From positions 2,714 to 66,713 of IMG/VR virus record IMGVR_UViG_2932410948_000001: 64,000 nucleotides of DNA; one strand, written 5' to 3'. Under the pieces are notes generated by a model. That model ran no database searches. It was not told where the DNA came from and saw only the letters and a program-made list of their open reading frames with translations. The stretch is from a virus (Duplodnaviria > Caudoviricetes). Within the stretch, counting starts at the first letter, position 1. Every line of letters starts with the position of its first letter. The translations under genes were made by a program, and so were the position numbers. This document shows, one piece after another, positions 63,041 to 64,000 of the stretch.

Positions 63041-64000
63041 TTTCCCCGCGATATCGTCGGCAGTTGCGTTGTAATACGTCTGCAGTTGCCGGATATCGCG
63101 GTGTCCGACCATGCGCGCCAGATCCAGCACACCAAGCTTGCCGGCCAGGCGCGTGATGGCTTCGTGTCTGGTATCGTGGAAGGTGAGACCTTTGACACCA
63201 GCCCGCTCACGGGCCTTGCGGAAAAGAGCATCGAGGGAGGCGGAAGAGATATCAAAACCGTCGGGCACCATCGCCCATATTTCTTGCGCGCGCGGAGAAA
63301 GCGCCACATCCCGAGGAAAACCATTCTTCGTCATTTTCAACCTGGCCACGCGTCCCGATATATCCGCCTTGCCCAGACCGCATATTTCTCCCGCACGCAT
63401 AGCCGTTTCAATAGCGAACAGGAAGGCGAGGGCGATGCGATGCTGTTTCGTCGTCGGTACCATACCGGGGGCCTTTTGATCCCAACCCAGGGCCAGGCAG
63501 ATGGCTGTGATTTCGTCCTCGCTTATCAGCCTGTCCCTGGGCGGCTTGACCTTCGGCCGTGCCACATCGGTCGTGGGACTCTTCGACAGCCACTTCCATT
63601 CCTTACGCGCCACCGAGAACACGTGCGACAGCAGGTTCATTTCCCGATTTACCGTTGCCCCGGATACGGTCCTGAGCCTCTCATCACGCCAGGCGGCCAC
63701 GTGGGTTTCATCGACGTCAGCGATTTTCACGGCGCCAAGGGATGTGGCGCCCATGGCGGCCAGTCGGTTGACCTCCCAGCGCATGCCGGCTTTATTCCTA
63801 GAAACCTCGCGCTCGTACCGATCAAAAGCATCTTTGCACGTCTCTTCGACAACTTTGGCCTTGCCATCGGCCAGCTTCACGCGCTGGCTTGCCTCCCAGG
63901 CGAGGGCGGCCGCCTTGGTTTCAAAGGTGCCAGATACCCGAATACCCTTGACCATGAGGCGATGTCGCCAAATCTTGCCATCCTTGACCGGAGCTGCCAT
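63035..64000 (-). CDS. Tyrosine recombinase / prophage integrase
   Basis: Catalytic R (AIETAMR), K (TKNG), HDTRH, GH, Y (LQTYYN). ATG falls at the window edge. Confidence 0.95.
   Translation of the reverse strand: MAAPVKDGKIWRHRLMVKGIRVSGTFETKAAALAWEASQRVKLADGKAKVVEETCKDAFDRYEREVSRNKAGMRWEVNRLAAMGATSLGAVKIADVDETHVAAWRDERLRTVSGATVNREMNLLSHVFSVARKEWKWLSKSPTTDVARPKVKPPRDRLISEDEITAICLALGWDQKAPGMVPTTKQHRIALAFLFAIETAMRAGEICGLGKADISGRVARLKMTKNGFPRDVALSPRAQEIWAMVPDGFDISSASLDALFRKARERAGVKGLTFHDTRHEAITRLAGKLGVLDLARMVGHRDIRQLQTYYNATADDIAGKL

Larger units (their letters stand above)
21786..64000. mobile_element. Lambdoid (siphovirus-type) prophage, apparently intact; other att lies beyond the window
   Basis: Integrase/xis, immunity, replication, terminase, portal, capsid, tail and lysis modules are all present, with no obvious frame disruptions. 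Confidence 0.93.

Noticed and set aside
63035-64000. Integrases resemble Rci shufflon recombinases, suggesting a tail-fibre shufflon
   Set aside because: I found no array of short inverted crossover repeats or promoterless alternative C-termini near either fibre. The gene sits with xis at the prophage end, as an ordinary integrase does.

Overview
High-GC betaproteobacterial chromosome (Oxalobacteraceae/Janthinobacterium-like is my impression, unverified) with four parts. (1) 1-12259 (+): right end of a siphovirus-type tail and lysis cluster (tail chaperones with a -1 slippery site, 1092-aa tape measure, tail-tip genes, fibre with autocleaving chaperone, holin, GH19 endolysin, spanins). It runs straight into host genes with no integrase or att at this end. 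(2) 12300-20200: host genes (sigma54/NtrC-type promoter with NCS2 purine permease; a large kinase-AAA-GAF-GGDEF protein; a phospholipase C C-terminal fragment). (3) ~20270-21785: remnant island with a truncated tyrosine integrase and one AT-rich gene. (4) 21786 to beyond 64000: an apparently intact ~42 kb lambdoid prophage bounded by an 18-bp tRNA 3'-end att core. It carries umuDC with an SOS box, a TPR/HEPN pair, a Dam-like methylase, lysis, tail and head genes (Clp-capsid fusion), a Mor-family activator, terminase/cos, replication, cro/cI, and xis/int. Main points: (a) the CI-operator-controlled early operon contains a PRTRC ubiquitin-like cassette (E, C, F, B, A/JAB, ThiF) without ParB and with no recognisable recombinase, and the Ubl keeps a 62-aa extension after its GTKG motif; (b) the tail cluster in part 1 is an inverted, mosaic paralogue of the prophage tail module; (c) three copies of a 28-bp dyad, each with a -10 at a fixed 10-nt spacing, define candidate late promoters.
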